DNA of 64,000 nucleotides from a virus (Duplodnaviria; Heunggongvirae; Uroviricota; Caudoviricetes): IMG/VR virus record IMGVR_UViG_3300037067_007156, positions 333,519 to 397,518 of that record; one strand, 5' to 3'. Shown piece by piece: positions 46,104 to 57,105 of this stretch (position 1 is its first letter; each line of letters starts with the position of its first letter). The notes under the pieces were generated by a model. It saw only the letters and a program-made list of their open reading frames with translations, ran no database searches and was not told where the DNA came from. The position numbers and the translations under genes were made by a program.

Positions 46104-46910
46104 TTAAAACCCGATTGCATCTTCACCATTAAAAACAACACCTACTTTATTTTTTATTTTATTAAAGATGGGTAATTCCAAAATAGAAATATCATTACGT
46201 TCAATGACTAAATTTGGGTTTTTATGTGCATTGTGTTTCAGTGGAAGTTTACTCAATTCCTCAGATGTAAAAGGTTTTGATGTTTTAATTCTTCTCACAT
46301 ATGTACCACGTTTGAATTTAACTGGTAAATCATTCCAGTTAACACCCTTCTCAACCATCATTCTTTCTTGCTTCTCATCACCACTCATATTCATTAAAGA
46401 ATTATGAGAAAATAAACTATAAGCAAGCATTGATATACTATTTTTTGTTGCATCATTTTCTCTCCATAATAGTTGAAGACATGCGTCATGTAAAGTTGGT
46501 ACTTGATAAATCCTACAATCAAAGTTTGCAAATTTATTGTGACTGGGTAAATATTTTTCTCGTTTCGTATTAAAAAAAGTAACACATTTTCCTGTTAACT
46601 TCGATAATATTTTGTGTTTTTTACCTTCATTATAAATGGATATATTTTTATCTTCAGTGTATAAAATCAAGGTTATTTCATCACTCTGTGTATACCCAAT
46701 AATAGCATTTGTTTCCTTAACAAGAAACTTTGTCAATTCCACCATTAAATCAGTCAGGTTTTCATCAAATGGTTTAACTAAACCATTAGTCCAACTACTA
46801 AAATTTTGTCCATCTAAACGGATGATTACGGGTAAAGTTGGAATCATAATTTCTGGTGTGAAATTTTTTTCCAGCCACTTGCACCACTCAGATATACTAT
46901 CTATTTTCAT
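46104..46910 (-). CDS. tRNA(His) guanylyltransferase-like protein (Thg1/TLP)
   Basis: IIRLDGQNFS, KPFD, YTQSDEI, FDCR, WRENDA.KNSI, GVNWND.P..FKRG. Confidence 0.93.
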   Translation of the reverse strand: MKIDSISEWCKWLEKNFTPEIMIPTLPVIIRLDGQNFSSWTNGLVKPFDENLTDLMVELTKFLVKETNAIIGYTQSDEITLILYTEDKNISIYNEGKKHKILSKLTGKCVTFFNTKREKYLPSHNKFANFDCRIYQVPTLHDACLQLLWRENDATKNSISMLAYSLFSHNSLMNMSGDEKQERMMVEKGVNWNDLPVKFKRGTYVRRIKTSKPFTSEELSKLPLKHNAHKNPNLVIERNDISILELPIFNKIKNKVGVVFNGEDAIGF

Positions 46911-46991
46911 TTATTAAAATATTTATGAACAAATATAAATAAAAAATTCGATAAGTTTGTTATCGGATTTGTTTTTATTAAATAATGATTA

Positions 46992-47552
46992 TTAAGCCTT
47001 TGTGAATATCACAAAACCATATTCCAACATATCTTGGGTAAATTCACGAACCATATAATTAGGAAACCAATATACTTCACTATCACTACGACCGTCATCC
47101 ATTAACAAACCATCATCATTGTAATCATAACCATATAATATACCAGGTGCGTCAGTTAAACCAAAACCAACGTCTCCCAAATTTTCAATAAAAAGATAAT
47201 CAGAATTACCCATAACATCTTCGAAATAATCACCAAAATTTCTTTCCTCTATTCCACCTTCATCCTCAACATTTTGTTTACCGTCATCATTTAAGGAAAT
47301 CTTCAGCCCGTTTTCAACTTTTTCGATATCCAAATATCTGTAATGTTCAACATTACCGCCAGCATTTTCATTCACTTTCTTATACTGGTCATATAATTCT
47401 TTATAACCATCTATTTCTTTTGATGCTTTAGAGTGTGAAACAGTTAAATATTCCTTACCGTATTTAGCTTTAGCCAAATCATTCATTTTTTTCAATAATT
47501 TTTCTTTTGAAGTTTCATTCAAGAACTGTTCAAATAGTTTTAAGTGACTCAT
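46992..47552 (-). CDS. Hypothetical protein, MSHLKLFEQFLNE N-terminus
   Basis: Capsid-targeting-like motif; TTATATATA upstream. Confidence 0.65.
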   Translation of the reverse strand: MSHLKLFEQFLNETSKEKLLKKMNDLAKAKYGKEYLTVSHSKASKEIDGYKELYDQYKKVNENAGGNVEHYRYLDIEKVENGLKISLNDDGKQNVEDEGGIEERNFGDYFEDVMGNSDYLFIENLGDVGFGLTDAPGILYGYDYNDDGLLMDDGRSDSEVYWFPNYMVREFTQDMLEYGFVIFTKA

Positions 47553-48027
47553 ATTTTTTAATTATATTTTTACTTATATATAAAAAAATAAAAACATTTT
47601 TTACACACTTAATAGTTCTTTTACAATTTGACTGGAATTTTTACCGTCAATTTGAGAGGATATCGGATTCTTTTTAATACTTGTTTTAATAACTTTTGCT
47701 AACATTCTATTTCTTTTAATTTTAATAATCTTTCTTCTTTGAGAGTTAATATTGAATGAATATACACTTCATCTATTTCATCAATTTTATATAAACTAAA
47801 CATTATGAAATATGTACCGTCAGGAGTTATAGACTCTGGTATAAAAAAATCGACAATAATTCGATAATCGAAAAAATGGGTTTTCAAATAATAATTTCGT
47901 ATGTTTTTAGCTTCAAAATGATTTGACCTGACCTCGTTAGTTATTTCAGTAATATAATACTTAACGATATTATTTACCCAATCTAAAACTACTTTGTCAA
48001 TATTTACCTTAAAATAATTCACATTTT

Positions 48028-48696
48028 TTATATAAAACGACCATCTTCCATGACTATGACTCTATCTGCACATTTCTTAACAAAATCCATATCATGTTCT
48101 ATTAATAATACAGCGCAATTTTTAGAGATGTCTTTTATGTGTTGCAATAAAACCTCTTTACTGTCTTTATCAACTCCAGCCGTTGGTTCATCTAACAACA
48201 ATAATTTAGAATCAGTGTATATAGAAGCTAATTTTAATCTTGCTTGCTGGCCAGTTGATAATTCACCACCATTCCCACTATAATCGACATTGGGAAGAAA
48301 TGTATTCAGTTTCGATAATGCTTTATTTTTTATTTCTTTTCTTAGTTTAAAATTGAACAAATCTTTAAACATACTATCATTTCTGGTTTCTGTAATTTCA
48401 GTGGCATCTGTCATCGACATATTTTCAAATATTCCTCTATCTTGGAATGTTCTACTAACTCCAAGTCGTGCAATTTGATGGGGTTTTAATTTCGTAGTGT
48501 CTGTTTCATTAATTGAAATTTTTCCAGAGGATGGTTTTAAAAAACCTGAAATAGCATTAAATAATGTTGTTTTACCACAACCATTTGCTCCAACAATAGC
48601 AACTATTTCATTTGAATTGACTTCTAAAGAAACACCTTTTACTATCTCTTTCTTTCCCCTGTAAACCGACAAATCATTTATTTCTAAAACTTTCAT
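48028..48696 (-). CDS. Orphan ABC-transporter ATPase (LivG-like)
   Basis: GANGCGKTT, RTFQ, LSTGQQ, LLLDEPTAG, IEHDM; no permease adjacent. Confidence 0.92.
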   Translation of the reverse strand: MKVLEINDLSVYRGKKEIVKGVSLEVNSNEIVAIVGANGCGKTTLFNAISGFLKPSSGKISINETDTTKLKPHQIARLGVSRTFQDRGIFENMSMTDATEITETRNDSMFKDLFNFKLRKEIKNKALSKLNTFLPNVDYSGNGGELSTGQQARLKLASIYTDSKLLLLDEPTAGVDKDSKEVLLQHIKDISKNCAVLLIEHDMDFVKKCADRVIVMEDGRFI

Positions 48697-48821
48697 AAGA
48701 ATGGTATTTTATAAATGTTATCCTTTAAATCCAAAATGTTTCATTATCAATATTTGTTTGAAATAATTTCATGTTTTATTTTTGATAAAAATAAGGAAAA
48801 TAAAAATATTAAACAAAATTA

Positions 48822-50619
48822 TTAAATTATTTTTAGTATCCTAATTTTATATTTTCGCATTTCCTTGATAGGATATAAAAAACGTTCATAACTTCCAACT
48901 TTTTCCATTATCATCACATCTTTAAATAAACTTTTAAATAAATTAAATTGTAAAAATAGTCGGTCATGTGTTCGATAAGTTATTTCTACTTCCATCTGAT
49001 ATTGTTTACCAATATCCATTAATTGATATGTATAATGTATGTTATCAGTAATTATATTTTCTATCGTTTGATTAATGATTTCATCAACAAAATTTTCAAT
49101 AAGTTCTGAATCTTCACATATATTTGTATCAAAATATTTCATGTTAAATTAAACCTAATTGTTTTATTTTTAATTTTCTTTCCCAGTTAGGAGGATAAAT
49201 TATAATTTCAAAAGTATTTAAAAGTAAATCATTATGTTGCTTTGCATAATTTTTTTTATATAATTCAAATTTCAATAATGCGTGTTCCAACGTGGATGAA
49301 TTTTCACATACAGCAATTGCGAACATATTTAAATAATAATCTTCACGTTTAAATATTATTTTTTTATAATCAGTGAACGTTTTTATCGCATAATTTGTTT
49401 TTACAAGGCGAAGTTTTAAATTATAAATTTCTTTTTTAATATGATAAATAAATGCAGCTTCTATTCTCTTATTGGTTTCCCAATCATCACCAATAATTTG
49501 AATTTTAATTTCTTTATCGTAATCGTGAACTGTCATTTTAATTCAAGTTTTTCAATTATTTCCATACGTTTTTTAGCTGGGGATAAAAAGTTATACGTGA
49601 TTCTATCTAACATTGTTATTCCCATACCATCTAAATTATTTCTATATAAAGAAAAAGAAATATTAATTACATCCAAAAATTCATCAGTTGAACTAATAAG
49701 CATACTTTCTCGAAGATGATAATCATATGATGATAAATCTAAAATATAATTTGACCTTTCCGATATAACTTTCCTCGAAAAATTATTTATTTTAAAATAT
49801 TGTTCTAAATACGCTACTTGTTTTTTAATAGCTTGATTAAACTCATTTTCAATATAAGAATTTACTTCCTCACTATATTCAGTTATTTTTATCATATAAG
49901 TTCTAATTTTTCAATCTTAAATCTTCTTTCTTTCATTGGAGACATTATCTCAACACTAAAAGATTGTAATCTTTTGTATTTTAAATTATCATTCTTTATC
50001 TTATATAAGATACAAAAGACTTGAACACTATCAATTTTTTCACCATAAGAATTAAATTTCCTTTTTATTACCATATTAAAACCATCATACTCATATTCTT
50101 TATCAATTGATACTATTGTAGTAAGTACACTAGCTCTTATAAAATTACCGTTTAATAATTTCTTATGTAAATCCTGTAAATCCTGATTGAATAGGTAATT
50201 AAAAACATCTTCAATTCGTTTATTGGTCGCCTCATTGTATTGGGTTATTTTAATCATAACAATTCCAATTTTTTAATTTTTAACATTCGTTCCCGTTCCA
50301 ATAAATTTATATATGTTTCAAATTTTTTATAAGAAGTAACTCTACCCATTTTCAATTGATGTGATACGTTCCAACATATGTTGATGTAATGTATTTTTGT
50401 ATTTTTTACTTTATAAGAAATTTCACCATATATACACCACCTGTAACCAGTCGTATGAAATAAATTTATATTTTTTATTTTAGAATTTATAGAAAAATAA
50501 TTAGCTATAATTTCGGTTTCTATCCTTTTCATTGATGATAATACATAATCATTTAATGATTTACTGATAGTCCTATTAGTTTTCTCATCATCATACATAG
50601 TAACGGTGATATATTCCAT
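48822..50619 (-). CDS. Tandem array of five ~105-130 aa paralog-like ORFs
   Basis: Shared I[KT][IV]T.Y..E.N..IE N-termini and P..ER..KI..L.L C-termini; overlapping stop/start codons. Confidence 0.7.
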
Positions 50620-50797
50620 GTTTTGTTTTATTAAACAAAAATAAGAAAAATATATTAAGAAATAATATTTTGTTGGAATTTATTTGACATGTATTGGAAA
50701 AAGGTATTTAAAAAGTAAGTGGTGAGTTGAATTCCAATATATTATGTCACAGGTTTACAAACTACTCGCTTCGGTATTTACATACTACACATAAAAG

Positions 50798-50880
50798 TGA
50801 ACAGGTAAGGATTCGAACCTTCGAAGCTCGTAAGTGATTGTTTTACGGTCAATTGCGTTTGACCACTTCGCTACCTATCC
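50798..50880 (-). tRNA. tRNA-Tyr(GTA), imperfect (C33, anticodon-stem mismatch)
   Basis: GGATAGG/CCTGTTC acceptor, loop CCGTAAA, long variable arm, GGTTCGAATCC. Confidence 0.75.
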
Positions 50881-50944
50881 AAAGAAAAACCCTAAATGAA
50901 AAACATTTAGGGAAAAAAATTCAAATGAAAAATGAAACAAATTG

Positions 50945-51025
50945 AGGTGAGAGAGGGATTTGAACCCTCGAAGCTTTCGCAGTTATTTTGCAGATAACTC
51001 ACTTTGACCACTCATGAATCTCACC
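50945..51025 (-). tRNA. tRNA-Cys(GCA) with long variable arm
   Basis: GGTGAGA/TCTCACC + U73, GTTAT-CTGCAAA-ATAAC, variable arm TGCGAAAGCTTC, GGTTCAAATCC. Confidence 0.8.
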
Positions 51026-51028
51026 GTA

Positions 51029-52731
51029 TTATTTTTTATGATTTTTAAATTTAACCATCGAAAATGAAACCATACAGTTATTTGAATAAAGTTCATTCGG
51101 GTATTCATAATTACAATAATCTCGTTCAATTAATATGTAATTCTCTTGACTTTTTTCACTTATGACATAATCTGCGTCATAACTGGGAACTGTATCCGAA
51201 TAATAATTTTCTACTTTATCTTCATTTTTACCCAAATATATTCCCATCCATGTAATCGGAACAATTTGAATTAAAACGAATACTACAATAAATATATTAT
51301 TTCTGATGTTTTTCATTATAATCCTTTCTTAACATTAAAACCATTGAATTTCAACATTTCTATTGCATCATTCAAAACTTTGCGTTTACTTATTTCATTT
51401 AATAAAATAGTCATATTCCAATTTGCTTCATTAGCTTTGTTTATATCCTTTTCGGTACTATATAACATCTGTTGTTTGCTTAGTTCGCTGTGTAATTCGT
51501 GTAGCGACATACTACTAACATCAGGTATATTAATTCGTGATTTTTCGTGCAATTCGTTCATTTATTCTCGTATTTGAGTTAAATAATACACCAAAAATAT
51601 TAATAAATATTCTATTAAAAAAATCCTATGATATAAATATGTGCTGAATATGATTTATAAACTAAAACATGCACTAAACTAAATATAGTGATAGAGATTA
51701 AATAGGAAACAATTGGTAATAACTTTCACATATTTGCGTATATTAACGTTATGGCACATTTAATCCGTCTCAAACACGTCAGTTTGTATATTTCTGTTAG
51801 CAACTTCTATTGCAAATGGTAAATCCAAAGCATCACAATGTGCTTTTTGCCAAAGTGCCTTACCATCTTTATCTCTAACAGAAATAAGTGCAGTTAAATT
51901 GCTTTCCTTCCAAATGAAGATTGTTGCTGTTTTTACTTGAAGTTTTACAGCATTTTGTTTTGTGTCTAAACCGTTAAAATCAACCATATTAGTAAAATAA
52001 ACACCCTATAACAAGCGGTCATAAACAGCAGGGCGTATATGCTGTAATTAGCCGTGTGCATCTATTCATCATTTGTGGTCGGCTGATTGGATTTTGCACT
52101 TAATCCCTGCCGATTTTATATTCGCAACTGTTATGTAGCATTTCTAAAATCCGCATCACCACCATCTCCTTGCATATATTTAGACTCAAATATTACCCTT
52201 TCATTTGCGAAACATTCCCTTTTTCTCTCAAAATCATCATATTTATTTGTCGAATCTAATACTACAAAACGTGACCCAGCGTGTCCGTATATATACAATT
52301 TAACATCCTTGTTTTTTGAAAGTTCATCAACCTCTTCTAATAAGGATATTATTTTAGCTTCGTTCTTTGTAAGTTTTCTCATATTTGAGTTAAATTAATA
52401 TACACCAAAAATAATAATTAAAATATTATTAAAAAATCCTGTGTATAAATTTAAAATAACTTTAAATTTTTTACCTTGTATATTTACTGATATGGTACAT
52501 TTAAGTGACATCCAGCACTTCTGGAGTTAATCCTAAAACATTTTCACAATACTCCTTACCATAACCTTTTTGACATTCGATTTTCATTATAGTTGGATAT
52601 TTCATAATTGGAAAAGATGATTCTCCGTCTATTGTAATATTTATCAAATCCGTTCCATGTGTGATTAATAGTTGAACTTTTTTCACTTTAATGTTTAATT
52701 CCATAATCATATAATTTAAATAATACACCAA
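51029..52731 (-). CDS. Five small cassette-like hypothetical ORFs
   Basis: ORF track; separated by repeated promoter blocks and attC-like sequence. Confidence 0.55.
52006..52136. repeat. attC-like long imperfect palindrome
   Basis: ATAAC/GTTAT outer boxes; GCG/CGC, ATAAA/TTTAT, GCAGGG/CCCTGC and TAATTAGCCG/CGGCTGATTG inner arms; the upstream gene stop lies in the TAAC box. Confidence 0.65.
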
Positions 52732-52819
52732 AAATAATAATTAAAATATTATTAAAAAAATCCTGTATTATAAATTTAAAATAACTTTAAATTTTTTACC
52801 TTGTATATTTACTGATATG
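52400..52819. repeat. ~95-bp direct repeat (52400-52494 and 52723-52819) flanking ORF 52501-52731
   Basis: ATACACCAAAAATAATAATTAAAATATTATT...TTACCTTGTATATTTACTGATATG in both copies; partial third copy at ~51572-51627. Confidence 0.9.
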
Positions 52820-53188
52820 TTCTCTAATATACTTTCTTATTTCAGTGATATCATCTGGATTATATTCACTGATGAAACCGCTATCGACTAATTCATGAAA
52901 TTCTTTAATATCAATTTTTTCCAATCTTGACGAATTAACATATTCAGCGTGGTCATCTAAATCTTTTTCTACAATCTCACCAGTTGCATCATATAATATA
53001 CCATTTTTATCTTTTGCAAAAGCATGAACTAAGGCTGTATCATAATCATCATCAATTTCTGCTTCATCATCATAATAAAAATACATATCATAACCTAATT
53101 CTTCATGTAGTGCTAATGCAAATAATTCACACCTGCCATGCTCATAAATATCAATATTAAAATCTTCAAATAATTTTATATGTTTCAT
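52796..53188 (-). CDS. Papain-like Cys-His-Asp fold candidate, MKHIKLFEDF N-terminus
   Basis: Y.HGRCELFALAL, LVHAF, LYDATG. Confidence 0.55.
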   Translation of the reverse strand: MKHIKLFEDFNIDIYEHGRCELFALALHEELGYDMYFYYDDEAEIDDDYDTALVHAFAKDKNGILYDATGEIVEKDLDDHAEYVNSSRLEKIDIKEFHELVDSGFISEYNPDDITEIRKYIREHISKYTR

Positions 53189-53194
53189 GAAGTC

Positions 53195-53740
53195 TTATTT
53201 TATTTTTTCTAAATATTCAATGAGATATTTAGAATGGCTACCATATATGTAGGCTGGAAAACCATCATATTTTAAATATTGCAACGCCCTTATTCTATGA
53301 TTACCATCTTCTATATCATTCTTTATATCATAAGTCATTGACATTGCATCAAAATACATGGAAACAGGTTTTAATGGTTTATTATCTAAAATTTCTTTAA
53401 CTAATTTAGCAACTCTTAAAACATGTTTATTTTTATTCTGATATGCTGATATATTATTATTGATATCCTTTTCTGGTATGTTAGTCCAATCAACAGATAT
53501 ATCTATGTTTGTTAAATCTTCTTTTAAAGCTTCTTTAATATCTGAATCTTCAATATAATCATAAACATAATTATCACCTAAATAATGTTTCCAATTTTCT
53601 GAATCACTAAAACCGATACCTTTTTTTCCTAATTCAAATGGTACATTATAATAATTTATTTCTTCATTATTAACAACATTTTCATAAAATATGTAATGAC
53701 GTTTTGTTTCTTTAATGAAAAAATTATAATTATATAACAT
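53195..53740 (-). CDS. ParB/Srx-like domain protein
   Basis: LKPV...IEDGNHRIRAL. Confidence 0.7.
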   Translation of the reverse strand: MLYNYNFFIKETKRHYIFYENVVNNEEINYYNVPFELGKKGIGFSDSENWKHYLGDNYVYDYIEDSDIKEALKEDLTNIDISVDWTNIPEKDINNNISAYQNKNKHVLRVAKLVKEILDNKPLKPVSMYFDAMSMTYDIKNDIEDGNHRIRALQYLKYDGFPAYIYGSHSKYLIEYLEKIK

Positions 53741-53866
53741 GAAATATATTAGTTTTTAACTATATATTAAATAAAAAATGTGACCTATTATTTTAGATTA
53801 ACTGAAAATTGTTATGTTACATACACGAATTTCAATATTTGAAATTGGATATCACATATAAAACAT

Positions 53867-54537
53867 AAAAAATCGAGTCCTAAACTTTTACATTTAGAAC
53901 TCGAATATTACTTCTATCAACTGGGTCATCACACCCACATGTTTCGCAACAATATCCTTTAATTACTGGATGTCCACAATCTTTACACGGGTGCATAACA
54001 GGACAATAACTACGAGCCAATGCATCAGCCTCTTTTCCCATCTACGAGTGTAAGCCTTAATCTTTCTTACTTTACGTTCTTTTGCCATATCTTCAAAATT
54101 TATTCAATTACATTCAATGTTCCTATCTTAGCGGTCATTATCGCAAAAATCTTTGAGTAATTCAGAGGTAGTTTTACCTTGATGACCGAATATCATACAC
54201 TTAGCAGCAAAGTTTTCCATATCTTTTTGTGAAAAAAGTGGTTCGACTTCCCAAGCACGTTTTACTTCCATTACACTACCATCTGTGAATCCAAAGTATA
54301 ATTCATCACCACCATATCTATATTTAGCTTTAGCTGGTTCAAAATCCCTTCCTAAAAACGGACGAACCCAATAAAAACTACCATCAACAACTGGTATATT
54401 CAATTGCGGTTTCTCTGGTTTATTATTCATTTTCTTATCATAATTAAATTTGTAATAAAATAATCAACCAAAAATAATAACAATAATATTATAAAAAAAA
54501 TCGAGTCCTAAACTTTTACATTTAGAACTCGAATATT
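53867..54537. repeat. 43-bp direct repeat (53867-53909 and 54495-54537) containing a terminator
   Basis: AAAAAATCGAGTCCTAAACTTTTACATTTAGAACTCGAATATT occurs twice. Confidence 0.9.
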
Positions 54538-54911
54538 TCTTTCAATTTTAAGTATCGAATCCACTTAACCAAACAAACCTCGATTTGTTTCTTTATTTCA
54601 GGGTCTCTACCGAAGTAAGCTTTATCCGAAATTAAGTATTCAACCGATGTTTCTTCTGGTGTAAATTGACCTTCGAAACCAAAACAGGAACAGTGACTTC
54701 CAGTAACTTCAAACAACTTACCAGTAGATTTCTCCACTAATAGGAAATAAGATGATTCTTCATAACCACCATCACCATTTAAATGCGCTATGAGAATTCT
54801 ATAATTGTCAACAAAAGATTGTGACACCTGATAGTTGACAACTATGTCCTCAACAACTGCTTCATAGGTTAAACCTGCATAATCATCTAAAAATAAATAA
54901 TTTGTTTTCAT
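54128..54911 (-). CDS. Two hypothetical ORFs (54128-54430, 54522-54911)
   Basis: ORF track; the second has GSHCSCFG and a C-terminal RYLKLKEIF. Confidence 0.6.
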
Positions 54912-55069
54912 AAGTTTTCGTGTTTTTTTGTTTACTTAGGAAACACCAACGAACACGTTTTAACCTATATAGTCAAATCAAATACAATAAATGATTATTT
55001 GAAAGAACGTTTTATTTATATGTTAAACTTTAAATAAAGTTTATTTTTAATATAAAAATAAATGTGAAT

Positions 55070-55444
55070 CTAAAGAGAAAATAATCGATATTCAACATGG
55101 ATGTCAAGAAATTCTTCGAATATTTCGCCCAATTCTTGCATATCCTCGTCATCTTCTTCATGACCCCAAACCAAGGACACCTTTTCAACGTTATCAACGG
55201 CTTTCTTTAAAATATTCAAAAATATTTTACTTGATGAAGTATTCATATATTCAAATTCACATGTAATTAACAACGAATTGTGAGAATGATTTTCAATGAA
55301 ATCATCTAAAGCGTTTTCAATTGTTTTGTAAAATTCAACGACATTCTCTAAATAAGATTTACCACTTATTGATAAAACCCCCTTGTTTAAGAAAAATAAA
55401 ACTGAGGGCGATGTTGAAGTAGGGTTTATGAGTAATTTATCCAT
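55070..55444 (-). CDS. SiaC/DUF1987-family protein
   Basis: T..SP.V.F, L.ISGKSY.EN...FY, EYMNTSSSK, W.HEEDDEDM.E.GE.F. Confidence 0.85.
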   Translation of the reverse strand: MDKLLINPTSTSPSVLFFLNKGVLSISGKSYLENVVEFYKTIENALDDFIENHSHNSLLITCEFEYMNTSSSKIFLNILKKAVDNVEKVSLVWGHEEDDEDMQELGEIFEEFLDIHVEYRLFSL

Positions 55445-55582
55445 ATGTTTATTTTAGGGTTTATAAGTTATGGGTGTTTATACTCATATTTTTATGATTA
55501 GTTACACCTATTTGAATATATTACTCGAAACTATCTTTTTATTACATGAACATTTTGATTTGTTCAATTAAAATGTTTGATT

Positions 55583-57029
55583 TTATGTATTACTTATTAA
55601 TTTTATATAATCATCAAACTTATATATACTGGAAGATTCTTTAAGTAAATATTCTAATTCATCAAAAAATTTATTTAATGTCGGATTCCAACCATATTCT
55701 TCTTTATATATTTCCTTTATTATCGTGTTATATCCGCTTTCACTGGGGTGTGGGTGATATCTAAAATTAACTATTAAATAATCACCAATAGGCCATGTAA
55801 CATACCAAATCAAAACACCACTATCTTCATTTGATATATGAGCATGATATATTCCATAATAGTCATATCTTTCTTTATTAAAAAATTCAAACCCACCCGT
55901 CGGCATACCACCAAACTCTGGTTTTAATGGTGATTCAAAATCATTACTCAAAAACATATTATAAACCAAAAATAAAATATTATGTTTTGATTGCTTTGGT
56001 ATACTTTTGTTATTTAATATAACATTTAATGAATTATTATGAATTTTAAAATCAACTACAATTTTAGACATTTCTAAAACATACCAATCTAAATCATATG
56101 AAAGATGATTATAAGGTAGTTTAATGACATTCATCATGTATCACAGAATCCTTATTTTCTTTTAAAGTATTTAAAAGAGAAGTTAAATCATTTGTTCCAT
56201 GAAAAATCTTATGATTTTTTAATCTTGGATTTTCCTTTTTAGCTTTTAATTGTAATTCTCTTGCATTCATTTTTAGTATACTTTTTTCTTTATATATTAA
56301 AAATCAAAGATAATGTTTTCTTTTTTAAATAAAAACCCCCGAACTGTTTTTTGTACCGAACACCAGCCAAGCACGACCTTGATTGATAGCGAGTGTATGA
56401 ACTCGTATTCACCAACACATCGTAACCTACTTGTCTTTCGATTGGAATTTAATCACACAGATATGTAAGTAATGTTTTTTTATTTAAATATATTGATTAA
56501 TTTTTTCTTCTGAATCAAAAAATAAATTTAATTTATTTTGAAGTATTTCCAACTCTTTTTGATAATTATATTCTATATCTTTTAAATTTTCGTCAAACAT
56601 TCTTTTTAAATCTTTTTTCCAAGTTTCAGGCTTTAATGTATAAAAACCATCATAGCCCGTTTTCATTGTATCAATACTCAATAAACAATGTTCGTTCATA
56701 TACTCATTTTTATTTAATGTTGTACTAATACCAAAACCACCTTCAGGATGTGATATACTTATTCTAAAATTATCACTATCACCCCTTAAATCCATTCCAG
56801 TAATATCACAATAATCAATAATATCTACTTCACCATTAAGTTCTTTTGGTTCTACTAAACGATGACCACCAAATGATAACCTAATTCCAAAAATTTTATC
56901 ACCCATTTTAAGACTTAAAATAGTGCCGTTATTTGGTTTTGTGTTTTTCACTTCAATAATTTTTAATCTATTATCAATATCTTGTTTTAATTTGACAAGT
57001 TCTTCTTTACTTAAATTATCAATTTTCAT
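55583..57029 (-). CDS. Two hypothetical ORFs (55583-56137, 56484-57029)
   Basis: ORF track. Confidence 0.55.
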
Positions 57030-57105
57030 AATTTTATTTTTAATTATATAGTGGAAATAAAATGTTTTGTTTTAAAAACAGGATAACAAATTTGTTATCC
57101 TGTTT

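Noticed and set aside
50715-50792. Possible additional decayed tRNA (TTGTAAA loop)
   Set aside because: No convincing acceptor or T stem.
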